DNA of 64,000 nucleotides from Betaproteobacteria bacterium (GCA_009377585.1 WHTS01000002.1:414-64413), one strand, 5' to 3'. Numbered from the stretch's first letter, positions 1 to 8,567 are shown. A program made the numbers and translations. Notes: generated by a model from the letters alone, not told the origin.

Positions 1-40
1 TCGGGCACGCTGGTTGCCTGTGTCAACGAAATAGTTATGA

Positions 41-58
41 CTGTAGCATATGCTACAG
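41..58. repeat. Perfect 18-bp palindrome CTGTAGCATATGCTACAG in a low-GC spacer
   Basis: Read directly and self-complementary over all 18 nt. It lies downstream of the minus-strand hydroxyacid dehydrogenase gene. Whether it is an operator or a hairpin is unknown. Confidence 0.9.
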
Positions 59-143
59 CTCGCTCTTAAACCGAGACTTAGGACATGCATCTTCTTCAAA
101 ATTCCGGTCGTTCGACTTATAAACCATGTCCGCATGCTCAGGT

Positions 144-1385
144 TCAGCCCCCCGAAGCTCGAGAGTTTATTTCCTCGAGTACTCGGGCAGGTCTAGGTTT
201 GGGAACCCAGTCGGGCGGATCCCAGAATATGTGTGGGCTGATTTCATCGACGCTGTTGAGCCCGAGCTGCGCCATGATGCGGTCCATCTCAGTCTGGAAA
301 ATCTCGAGCGCACGGTAGGCACCGGCTTCGCCAGCAGCGGCAGAGCCGTAGAGTGTCGGCCTTCCGGACATGACCATGTCTGCCCCGACGGCGATGGCCT
401 TGACGATGTCCGAACCGCGCCTTGCGCCGCTGTCGATGATGATCTTGAGGCGGTCCCCAACTGCTCTACGGACCTCCGGCACCAATTGCAGCGGCGCCGG
501 CGCGCAATCGAGATAGCGGCCGCCATGGTTCGACAAGACCACACCGTCCATACCGTACTTGACGGCGAGCACGGCGTCCTCGACGCTCTGTAGCCCTTTC
601 ACCAGCATGTTGCCCGGCCAGATGTCGCGGATACGCTTGATGTCGTCCCAGCACTGGGTATCGGGTTTGGTGTGCTCGTGGTCGGTCAACTTGTCCGTGA
701 GCTTGCTTGCGAGCTCCGGAGGATAGTTCGCTTTCCTGAACGCGCCACGCTCAATGTACTGGGGAACGAGAACGCGCAAGCACCAGCCGGGTTTACCGAG
801 AACCTGCGCAATCAGCTTTGGCGAATACCTGAGCGGCATGGAGAAGCCGTTCCTGCGGTCGTGCTCGCGATTGGCGCCGACCGAGCCGTCGACGGTGACA
901 AGGAGGGTCTCGTATCCAACGGACTTCACACGCTCGACGAAAGCCATTCTGAGATTGACATCCACCCACATATAGAGCTGGAACCACAGATTGCCTCCGG
1001 CAGCCTCGTATATCTCCTCCATCGGGGTCAGCGCACTGGTTGCCGCTGTGCACGGAACGCCCATCTTCGCTGCCGCTTTGGCCAAAGCTATTTCGCCGCG
1101 TTCGCTTGTCAGGCCCGCCGATGCCGTTGGCGAGATCCCGTAGGGCATGGCGATTTTCTTGCCGAAGATCTCGGTCGCAGTCGAACGCTTGGAGACGTTG
1201 ATCAGAACGCGATTCTTGATCTTGAGTGACTGATAGACCTCACGGTTATGCCGTAGGGCTATTCCATCCTCCGCGGCGCCGTCGATATATTCGAATATGC
1301 CGCGAGGCAAGCGCTTCCTTGCCATTCGGCGAAGATCTTCTATGTTGCAAGCACCTAGATTTCCACTGTTCATCGCGCGCTCCAT
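144..1385 (-). CDS. FMN-dependent alpha-hydroxy acid dehydrogenase (L-lactate dehydrogenase/glycolate oxidase family)
   Basis: 413-aa ORF with LPRGIFEYIDGAAEDG, VLSNHGGR and IIDSGARRGSDIVKA motifs typical of the FMN_dh family. The second ATG at 1373 has a GGAG SD 6 nt upstream and may be the true start. Confidence 0.85.
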   Translation of the reverse strand: MERAMNSGNLGACNIEDLRRMARKRLPRGIFEYIDGAAEDGIALRHNREVYQSLKIKNRVLINVSKRSTATEIFGKKIAMPYGISPTASAGLTSERGEIALAKAAAKMGVPCTAATSALTPMEEIYEAAGGNLWFQLYMWVDVNLRMAFVERVKSVGYETLLVTVDGSVGANREHDRRNGFSMPLRYSPKLIAQVLGKPGWCLRVLVPQYIERGAFRKANYPPELASKLTDKLTDHEHTKPDTQCWDDIKRIRDIWPGNMLVKGLQSVEDAVLAVKYGMDGVVLSNHGGRYLDCAPAPLQLVPEVRRAVGDRLKIIIDSGARRGSDIVKAIAVGADMVMSGRPTLYGSAAAGEAGAYRALEIFQTEMDRIMAQLGLNSVDEISPHIFWDPPDWVPKPRPARVLEEINSRASGG

Positions 1386-1525
1386 TGTGGGAGATGTGTA
1401 CCCAGTTTTCGACTGCAGCTCGCCGGCAGTCAGGATGGAAACGAATCTCCCTTAGGCGGCCGCACGAGCCTCGATGAGCGAATGGGCTTCATGCGCATTG
1501 TTTCGATCCATTCCGCGGTGGCCGG

Positions 1526-2212
1526 TTAGAGCCGGATGTTCGCCACGCGAACGACCTCGCGCCACTTTGAAATTTCGGCGTCCAAGTGCTGGGCAAGTCT
1601 CTCCGGCGGCCCTCCGACCAAGTCCGCGCCGAGGGCGGCGATGCGGTCCGTCACTTCGCGCTGCGTCAGTGCACGCGCGAGTTTCCCATTGACCTCCGAG
1701 ACGACGACCGCCGGCGTGCCGGCGGGAGCCAGTATCCCCCACCAAGTGCTCGCCTCGAATCCGGGGATCGCCGACTCGGCCATCGTCGGCACGTCCGGCA
1801 GCATGACGGAGCGCTTCTCACCCGTCACGGCCAGGGCGCGCAACCGACCCGATCTTACGTAAGCATAGGACGCGGCGGGGTTGCTGAACGCGATATCCAC
1901 GTTGCCTGCGATGAGATCCACCAGGGCCGGTCCCATGCCTTTGTACGGTACAAGCACGATATTCACTCCGGCCTTTGCCTTGAACAACTCGGCCGCGAGA
2001 TGTACCGACGTCGCGATACTGGTCCCGTAGTTGAGCTTGCCCGGACTTGCCTTTGCCAGTGCGATCAACTCCTTCGCCGATTTCACCGGCACGGAGGGAT
2101 GCACAAGGAGAATGTTCATCGATTTCGCCATGAGCGATACGGGCACGAAGTCCTTGATGGGATCGCAATTCACCTTCTTGATATCCGGGAGCACCGTAAA
2201 ATTGGTGCTCAG
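1526..2212 (-). pseudogene. Bug/TctC-family periplasmic binding protein, N-terminally truncated
   Basis: The 222-aa ORF matches only about the C-terminal two thirds of TctC-like proteins (DPIKDFVPVSL, LNYGTS, LVPYKG, LPDVPT). There is no signal peptide or N-terminal lobe, and the frame runs directly into the in-frame TAG of the upstream gene. Confidence 0.7.
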
Positions 2213-2632
2213 CTACCGCACGAGCTGAGAGCGCGCGACCAGCCCGCGCCCGTACCGATCGTCCACCCGCCGGAGCGAGGTCAACTGCACTCCGCCGTCC
2301 TCCGGATCGCCGATCACGGTGTGCTCCAGAAAATAGATGCCGCCCGGCTCGGTGATCAGCGTCAAGGACTCGCTGCCGAAACCGAACGCCTCGATGTGGT
2401 GGCGACCCGGCGGCACCTCCCAGCGAAAATAACTTCCTGGCAGCGTCGCGATGGTGGCACGCTGGTTCAACATCAGGGTTTGCGGCTCGCTCGAATCGAG
2501 CGGGGTGCGAACGACGTAGATCACCGATTGGCCGGGCACCGGCTCGAACCGCTTCGCCTGCAGGTCCTGCGGGGTCGGCGGCAGTTGCACGCAGCCGGCA
2601 AGGAAGAGCACGGTAAGGAAAGCTCGGAACAT
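2213..2632 (-). CDS. Small lipoprotein (DUF2846-like by recollection)
   Basis: The internal ATG at 2632 is preceded by GGAGGA. MFRAFLTVLFLAGC is a signal peptide plus lipobox. The protein is 139 aa and beta-rich. Confidence 0.65.
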   Translation of the reverse strand: MFRAFLTVLFLAGCVQLPPTPQDLQAKRFEPVPGQSVIYVVRTPLDSSEPQTLMLNQRATIATLPGSYFRWEVPPGRHHIEAFGFGSESLTLITEPGGIYFLEHTVIGDPEDGGVQLTSLRRVDDRYGRGLVARSQLVR

Positions 2633-2750
2633 AGAATCCTCCGTGACCACGGAACTGCTCGTGGCGACTATACCGCTGGGACAAACCCCCACCTAGTAGA
2701 AACAAGCAGGAAACCGAGCACGCCAGCCCGATGCACGGCCGCGTGCGCCG

Positions 2751-2955
2751 TAGAATCGGCCTATGAATCCAGTGCTCGACCAGCTCACTAGCCCACCCCG
2801 CTCGCTTGCCGACGGGGCGGATCTGCTCGAAAGTCACATCGGCGACGGCAGCAACGACAAGCGCTGGAAGGAAGCGATCGAAGCCTTGCAGAAGATTCGC
2901 GGCTGGCGTCCGACCTACTATCTGCGCGCGGCCCTGCGCGAGCTCGACAACGAGC
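2751..2955 (+). repeat. Direct repeat copy A (pairs with 4614-4818)
   Basis: Aligned by eye. TAGAAT plus a 6-nt spacer plus the start codon are conserved. The first ~60 nt are divergent and the last ~140 nt have only 3 mismatches. Identity ends abruptly at 2955/4818. Confidence 0.9.
2763..2955 (+). pseudogene. 5' 64 codons of the small unknown gene (paralog of 4626-4889), truncated by the IS91-family remnant
   Basis: MNPVLDQLTSPPRSLADGADLLESHIGDGSNDKRWKEAIEALQKIRGWRPTYYLRAALRELDNE matches the intact copy. After 2955 the sequence switches to the transposase 3' end. Confidence 0.75.
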
Positions 2956-3255
2956 GGCGTGCTCGCCCCCCACGCCAAACTGCGTGCTGCGGTCGTGCCG
3001 GGCACGGTCGAGAAACGCAGCGAACCCGCCGAGGTGCGCCCCCGGCGAGCGGCGCGTATGAGCTGGGCGCGGCTACTCAAGCGCGTCTTCGAAATTGATG
3101 TCGAACACTGCCCGCACTGTGACGGAGCACTGAAGATCATCGCCGCCATCGAGAAGTCCGCCGTGATCGTGAGGATCCTCACGCATCTGGGCAAGGCTAC
3201 GCGTGCGCCCCCGCGCTGCCCGGCGCGGCCGTTGGCGCTGTTCCGGGCGGCCTGA
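2956..3255 (+). pseudogene. IS91-family transposase, C-terminal 99 codons only
   Basis: The frame of ORF 2806-3255 reads GVLAPHAKLRAAVVP...MSWARLLKRVFEIDVEHCPHCDGALKIIAAIEKSAVIVRILTHLG...RAPP. This is the conserved IS91/ISCR transposase C-terminus as I recall it. Confidence 0.7.
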
Positions 3256-3476
3256 ATCGCAAAGCAACAAGGAGTTTCAACAGGGCCGACGATCCTGCTC
3301 GGCCCACGCTCGTGCGCAGCGCTAAAATTGCGTCGAAATGATGCAACTCGGGGCGATGTCGCGTTCAAATAGTCATCGAGAGACCGCAATTTTCAGCGAT
3401 CCCCTTGCGATTGACCGCTTGCAGGGCTGGCGATACAGTGGCGGTTAGCGAAAAGGGTGGTTTGAAATTCCTATAC
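2956..3476 (+). mobile_element. Remnant of an IS91/ISCR-type rolling-circle element (transposase 3' end plus putative oriIS terminus)
   Basis: The transposase stub is followed 200 bp later by GGTTTGAAATTCCTATAC (3459-3476), which resembles the conserved oriIS end of this family from memory. The left part of the element is missing. Confidence 0.55.
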
Positions 3477-3871
3477 GCCTGTAACGTTGTATCGGCCTTC
3501 CGAGCCTTGGCTCTTGCCAGTCAAAACGGATGCCCGTTGCGTTCAGGGAAACTTCAACACCAGCAGGCATGGCCATCCTTGAAACAAGAACCCGCGCCTG
3601 CTCTTGCGGGCGCGGTTGATCGCCATCGGCGACGCTCAGAGTCAGTAAAGCGTCTGCCATCGGCCCCGCCGCCACAGCCCACGCCATTTGACCTGACATG
3701 AACGCCGCGCCCAGGAAGCGGCGGCGGGCTCGCGCTGCACCCATTCCTGCTCACAGGCATCAAGGAACGCAGTTTCTGTCTGGATGACAGGGAATGTACT
3801 TGGCTGCGCCGTCGCACCGCCGGCGCTTGTCGTCAGCAGCATTGCCGTGATCCGGGAGACGGAAAAGCCTT

Positions 3872-4552
3872 TTATGCCACACTCCCCATTGAAGCCTTAG
3901 CTTCTAGCGAGATTGCGTCACGAAGATCGCGCTGTAGCGACTCAGCACAATCGAGTGTGAGGCCACCGCTCAAGACAGTTTCATCGCTTCCCGCGCGTGT
4001 GCGCAGGCTGACAAGGTAGGACCGTTCGATCATGCGCCTGTTCAGCACGCGCGAGAACATGGCCGAGGTGGACTTACTGCCATAGATCAGCCCGCCGTCC
4101 GGCGTTCGATGAATAACTGATGCAGGCTCGTCGGCATTGATCCGGCTCCCCCGCCGGACGTTGAAGTCTGCAACCTCTCCGATCGGCCAAGACTTGTCGC
4201 CGCTCTGGATCGCGCCGTCCGATATGGTGATCGTGGCCGATTGCCGATAACGTGCCCCGATTGGGAAGGCGAGCAATCCCATGATCATCGGGATCAGGCC
4301 GAAGTAGGCGAAGATTCCGAGAGTCTCCACGTTCATGAGCATGACCACACCAACCGCAATCGCGGCCAGTGCCGCAAGCGAAGGTCTCGCCGGGGTGACA
4401 TTGAAAATTGTCTTGCCGTCCGATTCAGAACGGCGAAACCGGCTTCGACCCCGATTGCCGAGTGTCAGAACAAGGCCCAGCAATCCGAATTTCTTCGCCA
4501 GGAAGAACCCTGCCCCTCCCAGCGCCACAAGAAGAACAAGGCTCATGCCCAT
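3872..4552 (-). CDS. Hypothetical membrane protein (3 predicted TM segments plus a ~125-aa soluble C-terminal domain)
   Basis: 226-aa ORF with hydrophobic stretches SLVLLVALGGAGFFLA, LAALAAIAVGVVMLMNV and LGIFAYFGLIPMIMGLLAFPIG. It has a GGGGG SD, looks lower in GC than its neighbours, and I recognise no family. Confidence 0.6.
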   Translation of the reverse strand: MGMSLVLLVALGGAGFFLAKKFGLLGLVLTLGNRGRSRFRRSESDGKTIFNVTPARPSLAALAAIAVGVVMLMNVETLGIFAYFGLIPMIMGLLAFPIGARYRQSATITISDGAIQSGDKSWPIGEVADFNVRRGSRINADEPASVIHRTPDGGLIYGSKSTSAMFSRVLNRRMIERSYLVSLRTRAGSDETVLSGGLTLDCAESLQRDLRDAISLEAKASMGSVA

Positions 4553-4613
4553 GGCAAACCCCCATATCCAGTCTGAACCACGATTTTACCGGCAGACCGA
4601 ATGCCGGCACGGA

Positions 4614-4818
4614 TAGAATTCAGCCGTGAACCCCGTCCTCGACAAGCTTTCCGGCCCACCCCGCTCACTCGCCGACGTGGCGGATCTGCTCGAAAGTCAC
4701 ATCGGCGACGGCAGCAACGACAAGCGCTGCAAGGAAGCGATCGAAGCCTTGCAGAAGATTCGCGGCTGGCATCCGACCTACTATCTGCGTGCGGCCCTGC
4801 GCGAGCTCGACAACGAGC
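4614..4818 (+). repeat. Direct repeat copy B (pairs with 2751-2955)
   Basis: Same alignment as copy A. It contains the promoter-like TAGAAT and the 5' 64 codons of the intact small gene. Confidence 0.9.
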
Positions 4819-4889
4819 CGCCACCTTGCGACGCGGTGCGCAAGGTGATCCGGGTGCTACGCAAGTGGCGCCACTATTCCGGCACCTGA
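4626..4889 (+). CDS. Small hypothetical protein, 87 aa (intact paralog of 2763-2955)
   Basis: GTG-initiated ORF that looks helical by eye. A second (truncated) copy argues it is real. It is divergent from the membrane protein gene across only 73 bp. Confidence 0.6.
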   Translation: MNPVLDKLSGPPRSLADVADLLESHIGDGSNDKRCKEAIEALQKIRGWHPTYYLRAALRELDNEPPPCDAVRKVIRVLRKWRHYSGT

Positions 4890-4965
4890 GCCAGACGCTC
4901 GAAGGCGATCGTCGCACCAAAAGCGAACACCTCGAACAGGCGAACGCCCCGAGCGACGCGCGCCG

Positions 4966-5868
4966 TCAGCGCATGGTTTCCGGCACTCGCGCGAGAACGC
5001 TCTCCGGCATCGTTCCGGCTACGGTCGTCCGGTGCAGCTTGCGGCGGTACTTGTTCTTTTCGAACGTCGTCGCCCGGTGCAGGGCGCAGCGGTTGTCCCA
5101 GATCACCAGGTCGTGGACGCGCCACGGGTGGCTGTAGACGAATTGTGCCTGGGTAGTGAATGCCGTCAGCTCTTCCAGCAGCACCCTGCCCTCCTGCGGC
5201 GGCATGCCGAGGATTTCCTGCGCGTGCGCGCCGACGTACAGGTTCTTTTTCCCGTTGGCGGGGTTGGTCCGCACCACCGGGTGAATCACCGTGAGGCGCT
5301 TCTTCGCCTCATCCAGGTAAGCCTTGGTGTCGTGCGGCTCGTCGGGGGCGGTCACGCGATGAATCGCCTTCAACTCCGCCACCGCTGCCTTGCGCTCGGG
5401 CGCAAGCGCCGCATAGGCCGCGCGCGCGCTGGCGAATTCCGTATTGCCGCCGATCGGCGGAACGATCCGGGCATGCAGCATCGAACAAAGCGCACCGATG
5501 GGCTTGAAGGAACTGTCGGTGTGCCAAGCTTCATTGCGCTCCCGGTGCACCATGACCGGGTGGTCGAGGGGCATCAGGTTGCCGTCCGCGTCGAGATTGG
5601 TCATCACGGAGATGTGACCGGGGTTGTAGTTGTTCGCCGGGTGCGCCTCCATCATCTCGAGCGTGCCGAAGTAGCGGCTGAAGCGCATCTGCGCTTCGTC
5701 GTCGAAGCGCTGGTCGCGAAAGACGAGGATCTGGTGCTCGTTGAACGCGTCCCAGATGACTTGCAGGTCATCACGGGATACGGGTTGGGTCAGGTCGATC
5801 CCGGTAATCTCGGCGACGAACACGGGGTGCAGCGGCTTCACGGTCAGGCGGTTCGCAACGTCCGGCAT
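4966..5868 (-). CDS. TauD/TfdA-family Fe(II)/2-oxoglutarate-dependent dioxygenase
   Basis: 300 aa with WHTDSSF (HxD iron motif), a distal H in IWDNRCALHRAT, and an overall TauD-like layout. GAAGGAGAG SD. Confidence 0.88.
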   Translation of the reverse strand: MPDVANRLTVKPLHPVFVAEITGIDLTQPVSRDDLQVIWDAFNEHQILVFRDQRFDDEAQMRFSRYFGTLEMMEAHPANNYNPGHISVMTNLDADGNLMPLDHPVMVHRERNEAWHTDSSFKPIGALCSMLHARIVPPIGGNTEFASARAAYAALAPERKAAVAELKAIHRVTAPDEPHDTKAYLDEAKKRLTVIHPVVRTNPANGKKNLYVGAHAQEILGMPPQEGRVLLEELTAFTTQAQFVYSHPWRVHDLVIWDNRCALHRATTFEKNKYRRKLHRTTVAGTMPESVLARVPETMR

Positions 5869-5936
5869 GTGGGCTCTCCTTCAGAGGCATCGAGTCATTG
5901 TACCGACAATCGTTTCGCGCGAGAGGCCGGATGTCG

Positions 5937-6515
5937 CTATCGTGCCGGGCCGGGCAGCGGTTGCGCCAAGCCGGCATCGTGCGCGAGCTTGTTCGCAAGC
6001 TTCGGATCGAACGATGCCAGATGGCTCAACACCTCGTCCACCTTGTCCTTGCGCCCGAGCACGTGCTGCGTCATGCCGATTTCGTAGAAGGCGAAGCCGT
6101 TCATCGGCTGCAGCGCGGCGGCACGTTCGAAGGCATTCAGCGCCTCTTCGTTGCGGCCCAACGCGCGCAGGCTCAACCCCATGCCGTACCAGGCGCGATC
6201 GAGCCTCGGGTTTACGCGCACGGCGTTCTGGAACGATTCCAGCGCTGGTTCATGCTGCTGGATCTGTTGATAGACGAAACCGAGGTCGAACAAGACTGTG
6301 GCATCGTCGGGATGGACACACAGCGCCGCTCGGAACTGTTCGACGGCAAGCGCCGAGCGGCCGAGGGTCGCATAGGTGTAGCCGAGGCTCGCCAACGCGC
6401 GCGGGTAAGCCGGGTCGAGAACCAGCACCTGCTTCAACGCAGCGGCCGCCTGCTCGAGGCGATTGAACGTCGTAAGCCAGCGCGCGCGCTGGAAATGCCA
6501 CCATGCGAAGCTCAT
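5937..6515 (-). CDS. Tetratricopeptide-repeat (TPR) protein
   Basis: 192 aa made of repeated ~34-aa A/L/G/Y-patterned units (e.g. ALASLGYTYATLGRSALAVEQFRAAL). It has no SD, and TATAAT sits 8 nt upstream of the ATG. Confidence 0.8.
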   Translation of the reverse strand: MSFAWWHFQRARWLTTFNRLEQAAAALKQVLVLDPAYPRALASLGYTYATLGRSALAVEQFRAALCVHPDDATVLFDLGFVYQQIQQHEPALESFQNAVRVNPRLDRAWYGMGLSLRALGRNEEALNAFERAAALQPMNGFAFYEIGMTQHVLGRKDKVDEVLSHLASFDPKLANKLAHDAGLAQPLPGPAR

Positions 6516-6569
6516 GGCGATCGATTATAGGACTCGCGCTTGGCCGGGCACGCCGCGACCCCCACGGGC

Positions 6570-7457
6570 TTATTGCGTGCGCAGACGCGGATCGAGCGCG
6601 TCGCGCAGCGAGTCCCCGAACAGGTTGAAAGCGAACACGGCGAGACTGATTGCCACCCCCGGGAAGATGGCCATCCACGGCGCCGTCTCGGCAAATTCCA
6701 CCGCCGCTCCGCGCAGCATCAAGCCCCACGCCGGCAGAGGCTCCTGCACGCCGAGCCCCAGGAACGAGAGGGAGGCTTCGAGCAGGATGGCCTGGCCCAG
6801 AAATGCGGTCAGCATCACAAGGTACGTGGCCATCACGTTCGGCAGCATGTGGCGCAGGATGATGCGCGAGTGCCGGAACCCCGCCGCTCGCGCGGCGTCG
6901 ATATAGGGCATCTCGCGGATCGATAGCGCCGAGGAACGGATCACCAGGGCGCAGCGCGGCACCATGGGAATCATGATCGCAATGATCAGGTTCGGGATCG
7001 AGTTGCCCAGGATCGCCACCAGCGCCAGCGCCAGGATGATCAACGGAAAAGACAACAGCACGTCCATGAACCGCTGCAGGATCAGATCGATGCGGCCGCC
7101 GAAGTACGCGCTGGCCACGCCGATCAAGGCGCCGATGGTCGCGCCCAAAAGCGAGGCGCCGAAGCCCACCATGAGCGCCGTCTGCGAGCCGTAGATCAGC
7201 CGCGACAGCACGTCGCGCCCGAACGCATCGGTGCCGAGCCAATGCTCGGCCGAGGGCGGTGACAGCATCGCCGCGAAGTCGACCTGTATCGGGTCGTAGG
7301 GTGCGATCACGGGCGCGGCCAAGGCCGCAGCGAACATCAGCAGGATGACTCCGGCGCCGATCGCACCGAGCGGCCGGCGCCGGATGAAATCGCCGCAGGC
7401 GGCGAGGAACCGGCTGCCTCGAGAGGGGACGTCCAGACTTGCGGTGAGCTCGCTCAT
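6570..7457 (-). CDS. ABC transporter permease, peptide/nickel (DppC/OppC-like) family
   Basis: 295 aa and multi-TM, with a BPD_transp_1 EAA-like loop (REMPYIDAARAAGF). Confidence 0.9.
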   Translation of the reverse strand: MSELTASLDVPSRGSRFLAACGDFIRRRPLGAIGAGVILLMFAAALAAPVIAPYDPIQVDFAAMLSPPSAEHWLGTDAFGRDVLSRLIYGSQTALMVGFGASLLGATIGALIGVASAYFGGRIDLILQRFMDVLLSFPLIILALALVAILGNSIPNLIIAIMIPMVPRCALVIRSSALSIREMPYIDAARAAGFRHSRIILRHMLPNVMATYLVMLTAFLGQAILLEASLSFLGLGVQEPLPAWGLMLRGAAVEFAETAPWMAIFPGVAISLAVFAFNLFGDSLRDALDPRLRTQ

Positions 7458-7487
7458 CGGTCATTCACTCCTGCAGAGGCTCTTTTT

Positions 7488-7552
7488 CCCTCACCCCCAG
7501 CCCCTCTCCCAGAGGGAGAGGGGAGCGTCGTGCTGCCCGCCGCAGCGGGCAG
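7488..7552. repeat. REP-A element (CCCTCACCC..CCCCTCTCCC-N4-GGGAGAGGGG) plus an adjacent 8-bp GC hairpin
   Basis: Read directly. The motif recurs at 14692, 14865 (inverted) and 45692. Hairpin CTGCCCGC-cgca-GCGGGCAG is at 7533-7552. The element sits in the spacer between the two permease genes. Confidence 0.85.
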
Positions 7553-7592
7553 GTTGCCGGATGGGCGAGTCTTCTCCGTACAGAAGCATTGC

Positions 7593-8546
7593 CTAGTCAT
7601 AACGCACCCGCGGATCGAGCCAGGCGAACGCGACATCGAGCAGGAAATTCATGAAGATGAAGATTCCGGCCACGAGCATCACCAACGCCTGCAGCAGCGT
7701 GTAGTCCCGGTGCGCCACGGCTTGCACGAACAGCAGCCCCAGCCCGTTCAGGTTGAACACTTGCTCGGTGACCACGAGCCCGCCGATCAAGAAAGCGAAC
7801 TCGACGCCGATCACCGTCATCACCGGCAGCATCGCATTCTTCAGCGCATGGCGGCGCAGCACCAGGCTTTGCCACAACCCTTTGGCCTTGGCCGTTCGGA
7901 TGTAATCCTCGCGCAATACCTCGAGCATGGCCGAGCGGGTCATTCGCGTCGATACCGCGGAATACCGATAGCCCACGGCGAGCGCCGGCCAGATAAGCTG
8001 CGAAAGATTCGCCCACGGGTCGACCCAGAATGGCGTGTAGATCATCGGCGGCAGCCACTGGAACACCACCAGCAAAACCAGGATGAACATGATGCCGAGC
8101 CAGAAGGACGGCACTGCCAGGCCGGCAATGGAGAAGATGCGAACGGCATAGTCGATCCACGTGTCCTGCTTCAGCGCTGCCAGCACGCCGAGCGGCAGCG
8201 CCAGCAGCACCGCAATGACGGTGGCCATGACCGCCACCTGCAGCGAGAGCGCGAAGCGCAGCTCGATCTCTTCCCAGATCGGCGCCCCGGTCCACATCGA
8301 AGTGCCGAAATCGAGCTTCGCCAAGCCGACCAGCCAGGTGGCGAGCTGCTTCCACACCGGCTGATCGAGGCCCATGCGGGCCCGTTCCTGGTCGAGCACT
8401 TCCTGCGATACCGAGCCGCGATCCCCCGAGTAACGCAGCTCGACCACGTCCCCCGGGATCACGCGGATGAGAAGAAAGGTGACCAGCGCCACCCCGAGCA
8501 GCGTCGGAAACATCAGAAAGAAACGCTTGATCAGGTAGGCGCCCAT
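7593..8546 (-). CDS. ABC transporter permease, peptide/nickel (DppB/OppB-like) family
   Basis: 317 aa. MGAYLIKRFFLMFPTLLGV is the typical DppB N-terminus, and the EAA loop YIRTAKAKGL is present. Confidence 0.9.
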   Translation of the reverse strand: MGAYLIKRFFLMFPTLLGVALVTFLLIRVIPGDVVELRYSGDRGSVSQEVLDQERARMGLDQPVWKQLATWLVGLAKLDFGTSMWTGAPIWEEIELRFALSLQVAVMATVIAVLLALPLGVLAALKQDTWIDYAVRIFSIAGLAVPSFWLGIMFILVLLVVFQWLPPMIYTPFWVDPWANLSQLIWPALAVGYRYSAVSTRMTRSAMLEVLREDYIRTAKAKGLWQSLVLRRHALKNAMLPVMTVIGVEFAFLIGGLVVTEQVFNLNGLGLLFVQAVAHRDYTLLQALVMLVAGIFIFMNFLLDVAFAWLDPRVRYD

Positions 8547-8567
8547 GGCGATGGCCCCGTACGCTTG

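Noticed and set aside
3445-3744. 99-aa minus-strand ORF beginning with a Tat-like signal (ARRRFLGAAFMSG...MADA)
   Set aside because: It lies in a 395-bp stretch with overlapping alternative ORFs, has no SD and no recognisable mature domain, and ends within the IS remnant. It is possibly a decayed N-terminal fragment of a periplasmic protein, but I cannot support it as a gene.
2751-4818. Direct repeats considered as the template/variable repeat pair of a diversity-generating retroelement
   Set aside because: Mismatches involve all four bases rather than adenine-specific substitutions. They are clustered at the 5' end, and no reverse transcriptase gene is nearby.
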